From the NCBI RefSeq assembly GCF_000143415.4, contig NW_003314366.1:372001-436000 (forward strand): DNA of 64,000 bases. Reading direction: 5' to 3'. Below, one piece after another: positions 49,158-63,051 of this stretch. This DNA comes from Selaginella moellendorffii. Taxonomy: Eukaryota > Plantae > Lycopodiophyta. The notes under the pieces were generated by a model. It did not search any database. It was not told the DNA's origin and saw only the letters and a list, made by a program, of their open reading frames with translations. Position numbers and translations under genes: made by a program. Position 1 is the stretch's first letter. Every line of letters begins with the position of its first letter.

Positions 49158-50436
49158 AGCGGGTTCCAGCAGGCCAATCTTCTCGAGCTAGGGCTCTTTT
49201 TTTTCTTTTTTCTGCTGCAAGAAAAGCCATTACACAGCCACCGCTTCGTCTCACTCCTCCTTGTGCTAAAACGCTTCCCTTGTTTTTTAGAAAACGACCG
49301 TTAAATGATCCCATGAGTGATTGAAAGTCCATAGCCAAGAATATGATAGCTCTGGACGACACTGATAACAAGGGTTCTAGTAGCTACTTCCCAAAAATTT
49401 GGGATGATGTTTTCTTTGAATGGTCATGCTACATGACACTTTGGGAGGACGAGAGCACGTGTGGAGAAACAATGAGGAGCGGGGGCACGAGCTGTCACTG
49501 TGTTGACAAAACTGAGTCGATAAGCATCACTTATGGAGAGTGATCCCTACTCCTCAAGTCTCTACCATGAATGTAAGTGTATACATGCTGTTTGCGTACC
49601 TGGGTTCGTTGGGTTCGTTAATTTTTCATTCATTTCATCTTAAGTAGTGTGTGCAGCACGGAATTGGTGGTTTGCTCTGCTTGCGATTCCATCTTAAGTG
49701 GCTGAAGTGCCCTGGCAACTAGCTTTCTAGCCACGGATTGCATTCTAGTGAACAAGATATTAAGTTACGATAGTGCATGCTAAAGATAAGGTTTTTTCCT
49801 TCGCAAGCTGCTCATTCAGTTTCAATCTCGACATTTATAACAGCATGAATCCGGTGATACAATGCTTACACCGAATCATCGTCCAATCTCCGAGGTCACT
49901 GCTTTGAGCTCCAAGATTCTTTGAGCCATGATCAGCAGCAGTTATAGTGTCTTCTCTTGCTCCATTCTGTTTCGATTTCCTATCTGCAAAATCCAGAAGC
50001 AGGATCAGCAGGACACATTTCTCAACGGAGATTGGTCATCGCACCGATTTCTCAGGTAAGCTGAACAGAAATCTCCTTGTAAAAAATTTTGCTTCATAAG
50101 ATGATTATAATTGCCGCGTAGTTGTGCTCCTTACGGATGGCAATACCAACCGGATTTTCCCATCTGTTGATTGGAGATGCTACAAGGTTAACCCCAAGAC
50201 CTCGTCTTGATTGCGGCTAGTCGACTTATGCCTTGGGTTTGTTGATTTCGCGGTTTTGAAAACCCCACGCAGAATTGTATCTAGAAAACAGACGTGCTGA
50301 AGCTACCAGCAGTGACAGCGACGGAAACCCATCTGATTTATGGACAGAAACGTGTCACAGTCTAGTCAAACAAAATGACAAGGCTCTCTTGTTTCGATCC
50401 GTATTTTGATATTTCAGCAGAGCTAGAAGCAGCGGC

Positions 50437-52076
50437 ATGGAAGATCATCTGAAACAGGTAATGGGGATTAGTTCACATGGACAAACTCGTGATTTTTCAG
50501 GGAAAACAGTCTGCTGTGAGCTATGTAATCTGTATGCTTCTTGGGCTTGGCCTCTTGTTCCCCTGGAACAGCATGGTTACTGTCATGGACTACTATTTGG
50601 TTGTGTTTGCGGTGAGTCTGAAAAACATTCTTCAGCATACCAATTGACAAGTTTTTTTCCAGGCATACCATCCCTCTCGAGTCCTGACACTGATATACCA
50701 AGCCTCTGCTTTCTTCACTGTAGCGGTTCTAGCGTACCACGAAGCCAGGGTGGATACCCGCTTCCGAGTTCTCCTGGGCTTCTCACTGTATTTTGTCTCT
50801 TCCTTGATGGTTCCCATTGTGAGTAGATTCTTTCTGCTGATCGACTAATTCACAATGAAGTTTGCAGATAGATTTGGCTAGTCATGGCGGAGGAGGCCTC
50901 GCACCTTACACAGGTCTCTGTGTCTTATGCATGTTATTCGGTCTATGCGATGGCCTCGTGCAAGGTGGACTTGTTGGAGATCTTTCTTACATGCACCCTC
51001 ATCTTCTTCAGGTACTGAGACTTTATATTGTTCATGCTAATCGGCATCTCATGCAGTCATTTTCTGCTGGAGCTGGTGCCTCTGGTGCTGCCACTTCTGG
51101 TTTGAGGCTTGTAACGAAGGCATGCTTTGCCAGCACCAAGGGCGGGCTTCGTAAAGGAGCACGTAAGTTTTCAACGCTTGTCCTGCAAATCAACTAGTGT
51201 GATCGTTTCTACAGTTGTTTTCTTCTTCCTTTCTACGTCTTTCCAGCTCTTGTGCCTACTACTGTATGCCGTAGTTTTTCCAAAGCTGGAAACCATCAAG
51301 AACTATAGAAAAGCTGCTGCATTGGAGGGTGCAACCACAGTTGGTGCTGATCTCGCAGCCGCAGGCATTCACATAGACAAGGTAGTCGGATTAAAAGATA
51401 ATTATCCAACTTACAACTTACAATTGGTGGCTGGTGCTGCATGCAGGATGCAGAAGAATGTCCAACTACTAGGCTGTCCAATTTTCAGCTGCTTACGCAG
51501 AACTTGGACTATGCATTTGATGCTGCTGCAATTTTTGTGCTCACGTTGTCAATCTTTCCAGGATTTCTGGCCGAGGATACTGGGAAGCACAGCTTAGGAT
51601 CCTGGTAAGCAGTTGCTTCTTGGCGGTTTTCATATAGTTTTCTTTTTTCCTAGGTATGTGGTGGTTCTTATCGCCATGTACAACTTTGGAGATCTCACTG
51701 GACGATATTTGCCCCTCGTACCAGCTCTCAAGCTCAAGTCGAGAACCCAAATGTTGGTAGCAGTGATTGCCAGATACTTATTCCTCCCTGCGTTCTATTT
51801 GACAGCCAAGTTTGGCGATCAAGGCTGGATGGTCATGTTGTGCATCCTTCTGGGCTTGAGCAACGGGCATTTGACCACGTCTGTTCTCGTCGCCGCGCCA
51901 AATGGTTACAAGGTGTGTGTGTGTTTGCTTGTGCGATTTTTCTCTATGACCTCTGATATTATGTACAGAAGCCGGAGCAAAATGCATTGGGCAACATCTT
52001 GGTGGTCTTCATACTTGCGGGCGTCACTGTAGGAGTGACACTGGATTGGTTGTGGCTTATCGGTAAAGGCTGGTAG
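50437..52076 (+). CDS. Equilibrative nucleoside transporter (ENT3-like), multi-exon
   Basis: LGLGLLFPWNSM, YHPSRVLTL, VQGGLVGDLSYM, TLSIFPGFLAED, YNFGDLTGRYLP, LGLSNGHLT, DWLWLIGKGW*. Confidence 0.9.
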
Positions 52077-54572
52077 CGCTACCATGAATGACAAGCAGAT
52101 TTAGAGGCCCATTCTCGTGGTTTCCTAAACATGGTGCACAAAGAAGTTGTTCGAATGATGACTGGAAGGACTTTAGTCTCATCGAATATAATTCTTGTTG
52201 CAAACACCCAGAATGGAAGAAACAATGGAATTGTTCAACAAGATGCCTATGCATGACGTTGTGTCACCTTGTCATTTTCAATAATATGGGTTGCTCTTCA
52301 GGTGCATTTAGGTGCATTCAAGGGACATGTACAGCATGTGTAAATGGGATGGGGAACTTCCTCTTCAATGGCTTGTGTTATCAAGCTAATTTAATGGTAA
52401 TGTGTTCACACCACCATATTATTATATTAGATTTTATAGAGTTGATAGTTTAATTTAATAATTTATTCACACCAGAAATTGGCAGCTAATGTAAATATTA
52501 ATGAAAATACTATAACATTAGTGTTGCCAGTGGAACTCTTGTTCCCAGAGCTGGCTCAAGTTCTCACAGTGTTGTGTTGGTAGAAGTGAAAGTAGTGCTA
52601 ATGGTCTTGGCTCAGGATCTAATTGATGGAACTCTTGTTCCTGGTTTTAGAGCTACCGTGAAAGATCTCAGAATGTTATTATTAGTGTCATTGGTAGAGC
52701 TATCATGGGTCTTGGTGGTCCAAAGTGTTTGATTACCATAGGAGCCTCAGACCAACTTGAGTTGCATATAATTAAGTATTTTTATATATACTGTATCATT
52801 TTCTATACATAGTTTATATATCTTATAAAAGTTAAAAGACAAAAACTATACTTCAAAACTATCATTAGTTGATACTAGAAAAAATTATATAAATATTATA
52901 TAATAAAATAGCTGAGACAAGATAGGCTGCTCTAATGACTCCACAAAACTTGCCCAATGTTGGTTCTTCACTGATTGCGTCTACTTGTCTTGGGTGTTGG
53001 ACTCATCCTCATATATAAGTTTAGATGGAGAGCATCAAAATTGGAGTAAAAAGAAAGTAAACAAGGAAGAGAAAGTTAAGGTTTAAATATAAAGAAGAAA
53101 AATATTTCTAACTGATTATTAGGATATTTAGAGTTAAGTATTTTTTGGGTTTGGGGAAAGCTTAATATAAAAAGGGTGTTAAAAAAGCGTGAACTTATAG
53201 GTACCTTGTAAACAACTAAAGATTAAAGAGTTTATAATTCTCAGCAAGCTAGAATGACCAATACACCATGAGGCAAACTCAAGATTTGCCCTTGTTAGAA
53301 CTCCGATATGCACAAAGGTGAGAAAAATCATATTGTTCAGAAGAGCAATGCAAAGGAAGGCTTGTAAGTATCTTGAAGTCTGATGCCTTCTTCTTGCCTA
53401 ACTCCTCCTCATCCTCACTTTAGTTTATCAACGCACACTTTTGCTAGGTGATTAGTTTTTCCACACTTAAAGCACTGCCATTGATAACAGCATGAAAATT
53501 TTTGCTTTCATTTCTATAGAGTTTTAAGGAGTTAAGTTGGTTGCAATGCCTTCCATCGTGAGAAAATTTGCTGCATGGCTTTGGAGTCTGTTTAGGATTG
53601 TCAAAGTTATAGCACATCACTTGTGACACCTCCATATCTTCCAAATCATCAAAGTAAGGTACACAAAGCTTATAAGCAAAGAAAATGAAGAATAAACAAA
53701 AACCAAGATCTTCTAGAATGCCCAGCCAAATTCTTGGCTGCAAGTAGGAATGTGATACTGTGCAAAACCATCAAAACAAAGCCTTTAAAAAAACAAATGT
53801 GCTCTCCTATCATTCTGCCCGAGAGGTCATGGCTGGGAATAGCTGTGGGCTAGCTGCCATGGATATGATGACCATGGTTTTGGCTGCACATTGCTATCTC
53901 TGGCCAGGAAAATACCTTTCACCAGTGATGCAATTGCCACTTTGGCCATAGTAAGATCTAATCCTCTAAAGAGCATCCCCAACAAGAAAATAAAGGATCA
54001 ATCACGGCCGACTATTTGGGATTCAATAATGACCACCGATCAGGCATGTCGGCGTCTATGCGCTTTGCATTCCATGAAAAGATCTCCAGTCTTCTCGAGG
54101 GCTATCACTTTACAAGAGAAGTGATGGGGTGTGGTTGACGATCTCCTTAGCCCTAGATCCATCGTGAATATACTTGCAAGGAGAGAACATTTGGGTGTCT
54201 TGGCATGTATGTTCGGTCGCGAAAATGTCCCATTTATTTCTTTTGAACGATTGAAACATGCTCTATTCTCGGAATGTCGTAAGCAATCAAACATGGTGGT
54301 TTGTAAGCTCGATAGAAGATTGCCCAGTTCTTGCAGGAGCTTATCTAGAATATTTTTCCAGGAACTCGATATTTTTGGTTGCCCATTCTCGGCATATGTT
54401 GTAGTTATTCACTTCCATGTCAGGAAGGCACATCTCCTGAAACAAAGTATAGCATTCTTTTTCTTTGCATTCTCTCCTTTGATCCATCCTTGGCCCTCTG
54501 CGACTGCGAACAAAAGAGCCTTTCCCCTTCTTCATTCTCTCTTCATTTTGTTAGGGTTTCTAGGACTCCGTG

Positions 54573-57500
54573 ATGGTAAGTCGAGCAAGCCTCCATCTTG
54601 TTCTTCTTGTTCTTCTTCTTTAACGCGGTCGCCTTGCCAGTACGCGATCTCAGCTATCAACGAGAGTGAGAATTCCAAAAGCCGATTGGAGCCTTTGGCC
54701 CCCACAAAAGAAGCGCAGGTTAGAATCTCAGGTTAGAAAGAATGTAGCTAGTTGTTTTAAACTTAGTTTTTGTGACATAGGAGTCTCATCTCACGAAGCT
54801 CTACCAAGATGCTTTGTCAAGTCTGCAAAGCGGGGACCTGGCAAATGCTCGGAGTCTCTTCCAGGCGATCATCCAAGATCCTTTGTCCATCAAGTCACAG
54901 GTAACTTCAAACACTTTAGGCTTTTCTTTCCAAATTTGTTCTTTGAGTCCTTATGATTGTTTCTTCGCTGTGTTTCTCCATCTAGCGAGGAAAATCCGAT
55001 GCAATGCTCCACTTGAGGTGAGTGAAAAAAGAAAAAGCTTGGACCTTGATCATCTTTTCTCGTGCAGGTTCTTAACTTACAGAAACTTAGCCGAGACTTA
55101 CGTGAAGCAAGGGCCAGAGTTTTCCGCTGAAGGTCTTCACTATTACTTGCAAGCTGTGGCGATCGACGATAAGGATGTCGTCCTTTGGAATCGTCTGGGA
55201 ACACTCGCCTGCTCGCTTGGAAAGCTCAATATCGCACGCAAAGCGTTTGAGCAGGGTCTTCATTGCAGTCCACGACACTGTAAGAATATATTCATATCTT
55301 TCGTGTGGAAGATCTTACCAGCAGTTCTATTCCGACCAGGGAGTTGCATGGAGAAACTTGTCGAAGTTTTGATCGCCATTGGAGACGAGACAGGCTGCAT
55401 CTCAGTCGTGAAACGTCTGCTTAAGTTCCATCCTTCGCACCCTCGCGCGCTTCATATCAAGAGCGTTATTGAAGGCAAGCACCATGGCACTGGCATTGCG
55501 GGGATGGACGGTTTGGAACCGACGCATACCAACCTTTCGTTTCAACGGAAGAGGAAGCTCGACGTTGTCCCGGACACATCCAAGAGGAAAAAAAGGAAGC
55601 AGTACTCGGTCCAGTTAACGCTACAGGAGCCGTCTTGGCTTCTCCTTGTCAAGGCTACTCTGGAGTCACTGCAAAATAGGCAGCATGGGAAGGTTTTGAA
55701 GAGCGAAGAGCTCAAAGAGAAGAACGGCTGCTATCTTGCCAATTCTCGCGTTTTCTTCTCGGTGCAAGGTCCCGATGGTGGTAGCAGCGGCCAGACTTCT
55801 GCCAAGCTGACAGATGATCTTCTTCTCAACAATAGTGGCTGCGACACGGTCTCTCTTGCCGAGAAGATAAGCCCGAGCAAGCTCTCAGAAGTCGAAGACA
55901 GCCATGCACACGAACGTCGAAGCACTCGGCTACGGAGCCGGATCAAAGGTGAGGAGGCGGTGGCCGATTGTCCCAAGAGCTTGACACAACTTCTCGAGCC
56001 TTTCATCATCGACAGCTCGCGTTTAGAGGTCGAAGTCGATCCTGAGGCTTCAGTTATCACGCACTGCGAGCGAGTAGACGGCTCCTTGGCATACGCGGCT
56101 TCTGCTTCGTCGTCTTCACCCGAGGGCTCGGCCTCTTGCGTCACTGTGGAAGCTAGAGAGGTGACGCAGTTCATGCAAGACTATGCGAACAACAGTGGAC
56201 TATATCACGTTGGACACGCTATTCTCGAGCGCGTTTCTAGCAGTGGTATAGACTGGAAGGAGCAAAGCGAGCTTCTTCTCGAGCTGGAAAAGTATACCAG
56301 GCACTGGGGGAACGGCAGGAGTTCTAGGTGCAATCTCTTCCTGGCCGAGTTATACTTGGATGCTGCGTCTTCTTCTGCCGAGCCAGGCAAGCTCCTCGAC
56401 CACTGCAACTACAACATATGCCGGGTTATCGAGTGGTCGGCTCTGGAAGTTGATTGGGACCAGGAAAATAATGCTCTACGAAGCAGCAGCATCGAAAGGG
56501 ATGCCGGGTGGATTTTCTGGGCTCGGTTTCATTGGGTCTACGGGCGTTACTGCATGCTCGCTGGTAATCCAAAGAAAGGATTCAGCGAGTTTCGAAAGTG
56601 CCTTTGCTTGCTCCAAGCACAACGCGAGCGCTACACGGCGATAGTTTTGCCTCACTGCAAGATGGACAAAAGGATATCGTTGGAAATGGCCGAGCAGAAA
56701 CTATACGAGTTTGAAGTTGGAGATTTGCTGAAAAACACGGTGGCCAAGCTGGACAAGGAAGAGAAGTATTTGGAGCTCATTAAGGTTCTTGAGCCGGCAC
56801 TCTTCTCAGACAGAGCATCCAAAACGTTCAGCGGCAAGTGCACCGATGCTATGCAATCGCAGGAGTTCAAGGCGCTCGGCATGCTTATATCTGCGTGTCA
56901 ACGAGTGAAGCCCGCCAACTTTGTGATCCAGCTGAAGTGCCACCTCAAAAGGCTGGAGATCTTCTGTCACTGTGCTGGAGTTTTCGTCAAACCCGACGAC
57001 GATCTGTCGCTCTCGCCAGGGAGCGCTGCAAGCGGTGAGATGGACGACGACAGGGCCAAGGAGCTTAGAACTTGGAGCAAGAAAATCGCCGAGGAAGTCA
57101 GGCTGCTTTCACGGTGTGCCGCTGCTCTCAAGAAGGCGGACTCCTCTAGACATGTCGACTTACCACTGGGACGTCTCCAGAATGCTCTCCTGGCGGTTCT
57201 GATCCATTTTGGATCGGGATTCTCCTGCAGAAAGCACTCCAACTCGAGTCTCAGCGAGAACCTGGAGACGAGCTTCTTCGTGGACGCGGCCATTGCATTT
57301 TGCAGGGTTCAGCAGCTTCATCCAGCATTGCCCGTGGAGCAACAGGTACACACATTTTTTCTTACATTCATATCACTCACGATCCTTCCTCTAGGTGGGT
57401 CTTCTTGTAACAGTGCATGACATACTGGCTGATCGGGGAGTTTGCGCGGCCGGAGCTTCGTGTGACGAAGGAGAAGGCTCGTTTCTAAAGATGGCTATCA

Positions 57501-60500
57501 AGCATCTCTTGTCGCTGGAGGTGATGCTGAAGCAGCGGGATGCTGAGAGCGAGAACGCACGTACACAAGAAAGCACAGCGACGAGTGGCTCCGTGAGAAG
57601 GTCCGAGTCACTCACTGATTTATCCGAGAAGAAGATTTGCGAGAGCGAGGACCTCGAAAGAAGGAAGGCTGGCGGCCTGGACAAGGCGCTGGATCAGTGC
57701 TTCTTCTGCTTGTATGGTCTCAACCTCAAGTCGGACCTCGAGTCAGGAGCTTCCAGCGATCTGGCCTTCCACAAGACACCGAGTGGTGGCGACTTTCAGT
57801 CGAAAGAGCAATGTGCCGCCGTGCTTCAGTATGTTCTTCCCTACGCTAAAGCGTGCTCGGTAAGTCTTTGGCTGTTTCTACTCTTGTGCTCGACTGATGG
57901 ATTCGATTCCACCTGCAGAAAACCGGCCTGGGAAAGCTGCGAAAGGTTTTGCAAGCCGTTCGTAAGCAGTTTCCTCAGCCACCTTCAAACATCCTGGTGG
58001 GAAATGCCGTGGACGCCTTTATGGACGACTTGTCTTTTGACGAGGACAAGTTCTCGGAGATGGTGATCAACAGAACCAACGTCGACGAGCTTGTCAGCTT
58101 TGCTTTTCCCAAGCAAGAGGAGAATCCCGCTACTGCCGTGGTAATCTATTCCACTCCTACAGAGGAACCAAAGAGTGAAGAGGCTGAAGCAAACACCCAG
58201 TCTTACGTGGAGGTGTACCAGAATCTCTATTTCCTGCTAAGTCAGGTGGAGGAGACGTCGCCGACCGATAGATCGCCTGGTTTCGTGTTCACGAAGGAAG
58301 GGGAGGAGTTTTTTGAGCATGTCTCGAGCCTCTTCAAATACGATCTTCTTTACAACATGCTGCGGTTCGAGAGCTGGCACAAACTCGCAGGCATTTACGA
58401 CGAGGTATTCTTCTTTGTTTAAGACTGATGATCTGATCTCTGTGTGATCTTTTTGGTTGTAGGAAGTTGATCTCCTGCTTAACGACGGTAGCAAGAATGT
58501 AAATGTTCTCGAGTGGCGAAAGAACGCGAGGCTAACGTCCAGAGTGGAAACTAGCCGGAGACGAAGTCGACGCTGCCTTTTGATGAGTTTGGCACTAGCT
58601 CCTCAAGCAAAGCACGAGGTGAGTACTTGTTTCAAGTCCAAATTTGCTGTGATGCTTGATGATGTAGTTCCAGATTCACGAGCTTCTGGCGTTGGTCTAT
58701 TACGAGACTCTTCAGAATACAGTTCCTTCGTATGATCAACGCTCTCACGTTCAAAAGAAAGACGCTCTTTGGACTTCGAGGTGCCTAAATGCGATCAAGC
58801 ACTGCGAGATAGCATATTCACTGAGGTATTTCCTTCTTTATATCTCTCTAGATCTCGTTTTTGAGCTTGTGGTATGCAGACCGGATTGGACGCATTTGCT
58901 TTATCTTGGCAAGCTCTCTGAGAAACTCGAAAAGCCCAGCGAAGAATCCTTTAGCTTGTACAAGAGGGCCATTGAGCTGAATCCTTCAGCTGTTGACTCT
59001 TTATACCGTCTGCATCGCTCACGGCTGAAGCTGCTTTGCAAAGGGCGTTATCACGACATGCAAATCATCGAGGTACTTTGTTTTCCATGTAGCGAGACTA
59101 TAGAAGTTTTTATGATTTCCTTCCCCAGACTGTGGCCAAGTTTTGTTATTCAAGTTCTACAGAAGAGCTCGTCAACAGTAAGCTCAAGCAACCAGACGAG
59201 CAAGTTGGCAACGAGGAAGCTTATCAGAGTGACATAGCGACGGCATGGAGAGCTCTTTTCAAGGACTGTATTTCCGCCATGCAGGCGTGCACTGATGGAG
59301 AATTAAAGCACTTTCACAAGGCTCGTTTCTGCATTGCCCAAGGACTCTACTGCCGAGCGGAAGAACAGGACTGGGAGAGAGCCAAGGAAGAGCTCGCCTT
59401 TTGTTTCCGATCGAGTCGATCGCTCTTCACGATAAATATGTGGGAACTCGACGGCGTTATCAAGAAGAACAAGTAAGTTTTGTTGCAAGGAAAACAACCA
59501 TTTCACAGGTCTTTGTTTTTGCAGGCGCAAGGCAACCGGCCACACTTATGCCAAGAAGACTTTGGAGCTCGGGCTCCCAGAAAGCTCCCGAAAGTTTATC
59601 ACATGCGTTCGCAAGTACCTGTTACTCTACTTCGTTCTCTGCGAGAAGGCTGGAGATTATGTCACATTGGAGCGTGCATATTCCACACTCCGCATAGACA
59701 AGAGGGTAAGAGAGTAGAGAAAAAAATTCGCGTTTTACGTGATCTTCCGATGTCTTGGTCTCGGTTCTTTCAGTTCTCCATTTGCCTCGAAGATATAGCA
59801 AGCGCAGCGCTTTCATCCTACGTGCATGCTTTGGGCGCAACCATCACTCAGGCCGAAAGCTCTTCGTCTTCGTCCTTTAGTTCCTTGCAAGGCCTTCTCG
59901 AAAGAATGTTTAATCTCTTCATGGATCACGGGATATGGTGGGCGGAGACGTCCGAGTCAGAGGGACAAGAAGTGGCTGTCTACTGGTAAGAAAGATCCAT
60001 TGTTTGTTTTTTTTTTCCAAAGATCTAAGCTCTTTTCCTTCAGCTACATCCATCGCTACCTCCATTACCTGGAGAACGACTGTCGCGTGGACGCACTGGA
60101 GCTCGTGAACGAGAGGATACGGAAGCGTTTCAAGCATCAAAAGCTAAGCAATCCTCACTTCTCACAGATTTGCCGGCACGCCACCGTCGCCTGGTGCCGG
60201 GCTCTCTGCTCGGCCCTCGCGTCCGTCACCCCGCTCGAGAGGTTGCCGGACCACACCCCGCAGCTCATCGTCGACTTGCAATACGACGTGCTCCTCTTCA
60301 GCCCCTACGACGCCGACACCACGAGCAAGATCTCCCAAGTCTCTCCATCTCCAGCAGCAGCCAGAGCGGAAGAAAGCGCTGCTCCTCCGGCCTCCGCAGC
60401 CTACATCTCCCGCATCAAAGCCGTGCCGATCGTCCAAGTCTCTCCGGACAACGCCGAGAAAGCTCACAGCTACCTCCGTGCCACCTTCGTGTTCTACCGG

Positions 60501-60909
60501 GAAGTCACGTCGGGGCCATTCCCGAGCGGTATAAACCTCTTCATGGCATCACCCCTGGGAGCAGCGTCCACCGAGCCAGCGGCAGGCATCCAAGCGATCC
60601 CGGGGTTTGATCCTCTCGACCTCAGCACTCCAAGGAAGCTGCTGCTATGGGCTTTTGCGCTGGTTCACGGCCGAGCAGCGAGCATAGCCGACGTTGTCAA
60701 GTACTGCGAGGAGCAAGCCAAGGTAAACCAAAGTTCTGCCAGCTTTTTCGCTCACTCTCGAGGGTTTGTTCTTCCAGACGAGGCTCAAGAAATGGCCTAC
60801 TGCCGCGGCTACCGCGGCCTCTCACGTACCATCGCCGGAAAAGCTGGCGTGCTCCATAGCAAAGTGTGCCGAGCAGGCTGTCGAGATGGAGCAAGAAACC
60901 ATGGTTTAA
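54573..60909 (+). CDS. CABIN1: CABIN1-like TPR protein (HIRA histone-chaperone complex subunit), multi-exon
   Basis: ATG-only first exon, then YAISAINE...[11 protein letters not shown]; [22 protein letters not shown]; [14 protein letters not shown]; LKHFHKARF; stop at 60907-60909. Confidence 0.85.
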
Positions 60910-60972
60910 AGTGACTATAGCTCAAGATCACTCCTGGGAACAATGGACTCAATGGTCTCGTGGTTTTGATTG

Positions 60973-62217
60973 TCAACAGGAAGAAAAGGTGAAAGAAGGC
61001 CAGAGCGTGGCCGTGGGGGAATTGGAGGAGGCCTCGGCGATTTGCGGCGTGAAGATGGGCGCCACCATCGCAGTTGGGCTCCACATTGGCTGCGAGATGA
61101 GTTGCTCCAGTGCTGTGGATGATGATACAACTGATGCCTCCATGATCGACAAGGACGACGACGACGCCACTTGCGGAGATTCCAGCAGTTGATCGACCCA
61201 AAACGACGAGGACGATGGCATTGACGCGCGATTGACCACCAGCGGCGGGGGAGATGGGAAGCTCCTCCTCTCCGGGAGTGGCTGATTGATTTGATGCGCT
61301 TCTGGGGCCACCATGGCCACTGGCGAGCTCAAGTCGCTGAAGAGAAGATCCGAGAGCTTGTTGATGCACCGCGCGGCGTCGATCGAGAGTGGGAATTGCT
61401 GCTGCTGGGCCGAAACCTTGGTGGAATCCGTGGGCGCGATGCAAATCCCCTGTGTGGGCATTTTTGACATTAGCTGCTTATGCTCTGTTTGGGGCGGTAG
61501 CATGGAAGCGCTAGCGCTGCCGCTGGATGCCTGCGCGATCGCAGCGTCCGATCGCTTGGGCTGGTAGGGAAACATCTCGTAGGCGTTCCTGGGATCGTCC
61601 GGGAAGTTGAGCTTGGCGCGAATGCCCCGGAATCGAATGGCGGCCTCGTCGTAGGCTCGCGCGGCGTCCTCGGCGCTGTCGTAGGTCCCCAGCCACACTC
61701 TGGCCTGCTTCACTGGATCGCGAATCTCGGCAGCCCATTTCCCCCAGGGACGCTGCCTCACCCCACGAAACTTGGTCCGGCGATGGCGCCTGGTGGATCC
61801 ATCGCTGGGCTTCTTGGGTTTGAGCGCTCTAGCAGAGCTCGTCTCTGCGAGGCGAATGATAGAATGTAAGATCGTCTGCTAGTCGAGAATTCCCAAGGGA
61901 GAAGAGATCATACCAGAGATGGGCGCCTTGTTGGTTTGATCCGAGTCGGAGCTGGAAGAGGAATCGTGGCTCTTGGCCCGCTTGGATCGCCAATTGGACT
62001 GCGCGGCCCAGCTCAAATCCTCCTGAGCGAGCGCGGGAAGGACACTAGGCTCGTGATTTTGCTGCTGCTCTTGTTGATCATGCCCGGCGTGGGCGAGCGC
62101 ATCCACCATGATCGCCTGCTCTGTTCCAGCCACATCGTAGAACATCCCCTGCATTAGCTCCTCATCGAAGAACGCATCGAATCCACTGCTCTGCGAGCTC
62201 CATTCCTTGTCCTCCAT
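60973..62217 (-). CDS. AP2/ERF transcription factor (group X-like); exons 62217-61914 and 61844-60973
   Basis: [20 protein letters not shown]...[34 protein letters not shown]; intron upstream of the AP2 domain; IMVDALAH resembles the group-X motif; alternative ATG at 62262. Confidence 0.88.
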
Positions 62218-63051
62218 CGATCCCAGGCAGCACGAATTGTAGCGCGCCGGAGAGAAGATCATGGATCGAGGGGAAATTTCCTGGAGTGGAGTGGTTCTTC
62301 TTTGTCTTGACCCTGTTCTTTGGGGATTGGTGTTTCTTCTCACTCCTTCGAAGCCTCCCCCACTGGTTCTTATGTCCCCAATCGTTGCGCGTTGGATCGT
62401 ACGGATGCCCTCCACGTTGCGACACGTGTCAGCGCGGGGACGTCATCCGTGCCACCTGGCTACCTGGCAAGGCCAAATCTTCACGTGCGCATTCGATAAT
62501 GTGCACGTTTGTTGGATAGGAGCGTGTGGTACCGCGTGCGTGGTATCCTGCGGTGGGATATTCTGGGAAGAATCACGGGTGAGTCTAAGGTCTCTGAATT
62601 AAAGGGTGGTCTTCCTTCTAGTTTCTTGGGTCCTTCGAATTTTCGATGGACTTTCAAAGTTCAAAAGAGAAAATTCCCATCGTCTTAAAGTTTGGGGATC
62701 TGGACCAACATTTTTGCCACCCTTGATCAATCTATCACACTCATGGTTTAAGTACTGTGCGTCATAATGGAAGGATTGTGTGTGTTTGCATGACAAACAC
62801 GTGAAATATTTCCATAAACCAACAAAAAGTCGAGTAGATATTGGACAAAAATAAATTAATAAAAAAAAGGAAAGAGAGGAGAAATAAATCTTGTATAAAA
62901 AATAATCACCACATTTTACTCATGCTACGTCCAGCATCGCGTAAACGTTTCTTCCAGAAGGAAACTTCACAAGTTCTCCGCACCCTTCCCTCCCAGCAAC
63001 TCCTTATCACTTATTCTTCCCCCCGTACACTTAGAAAACATATGTACGACG

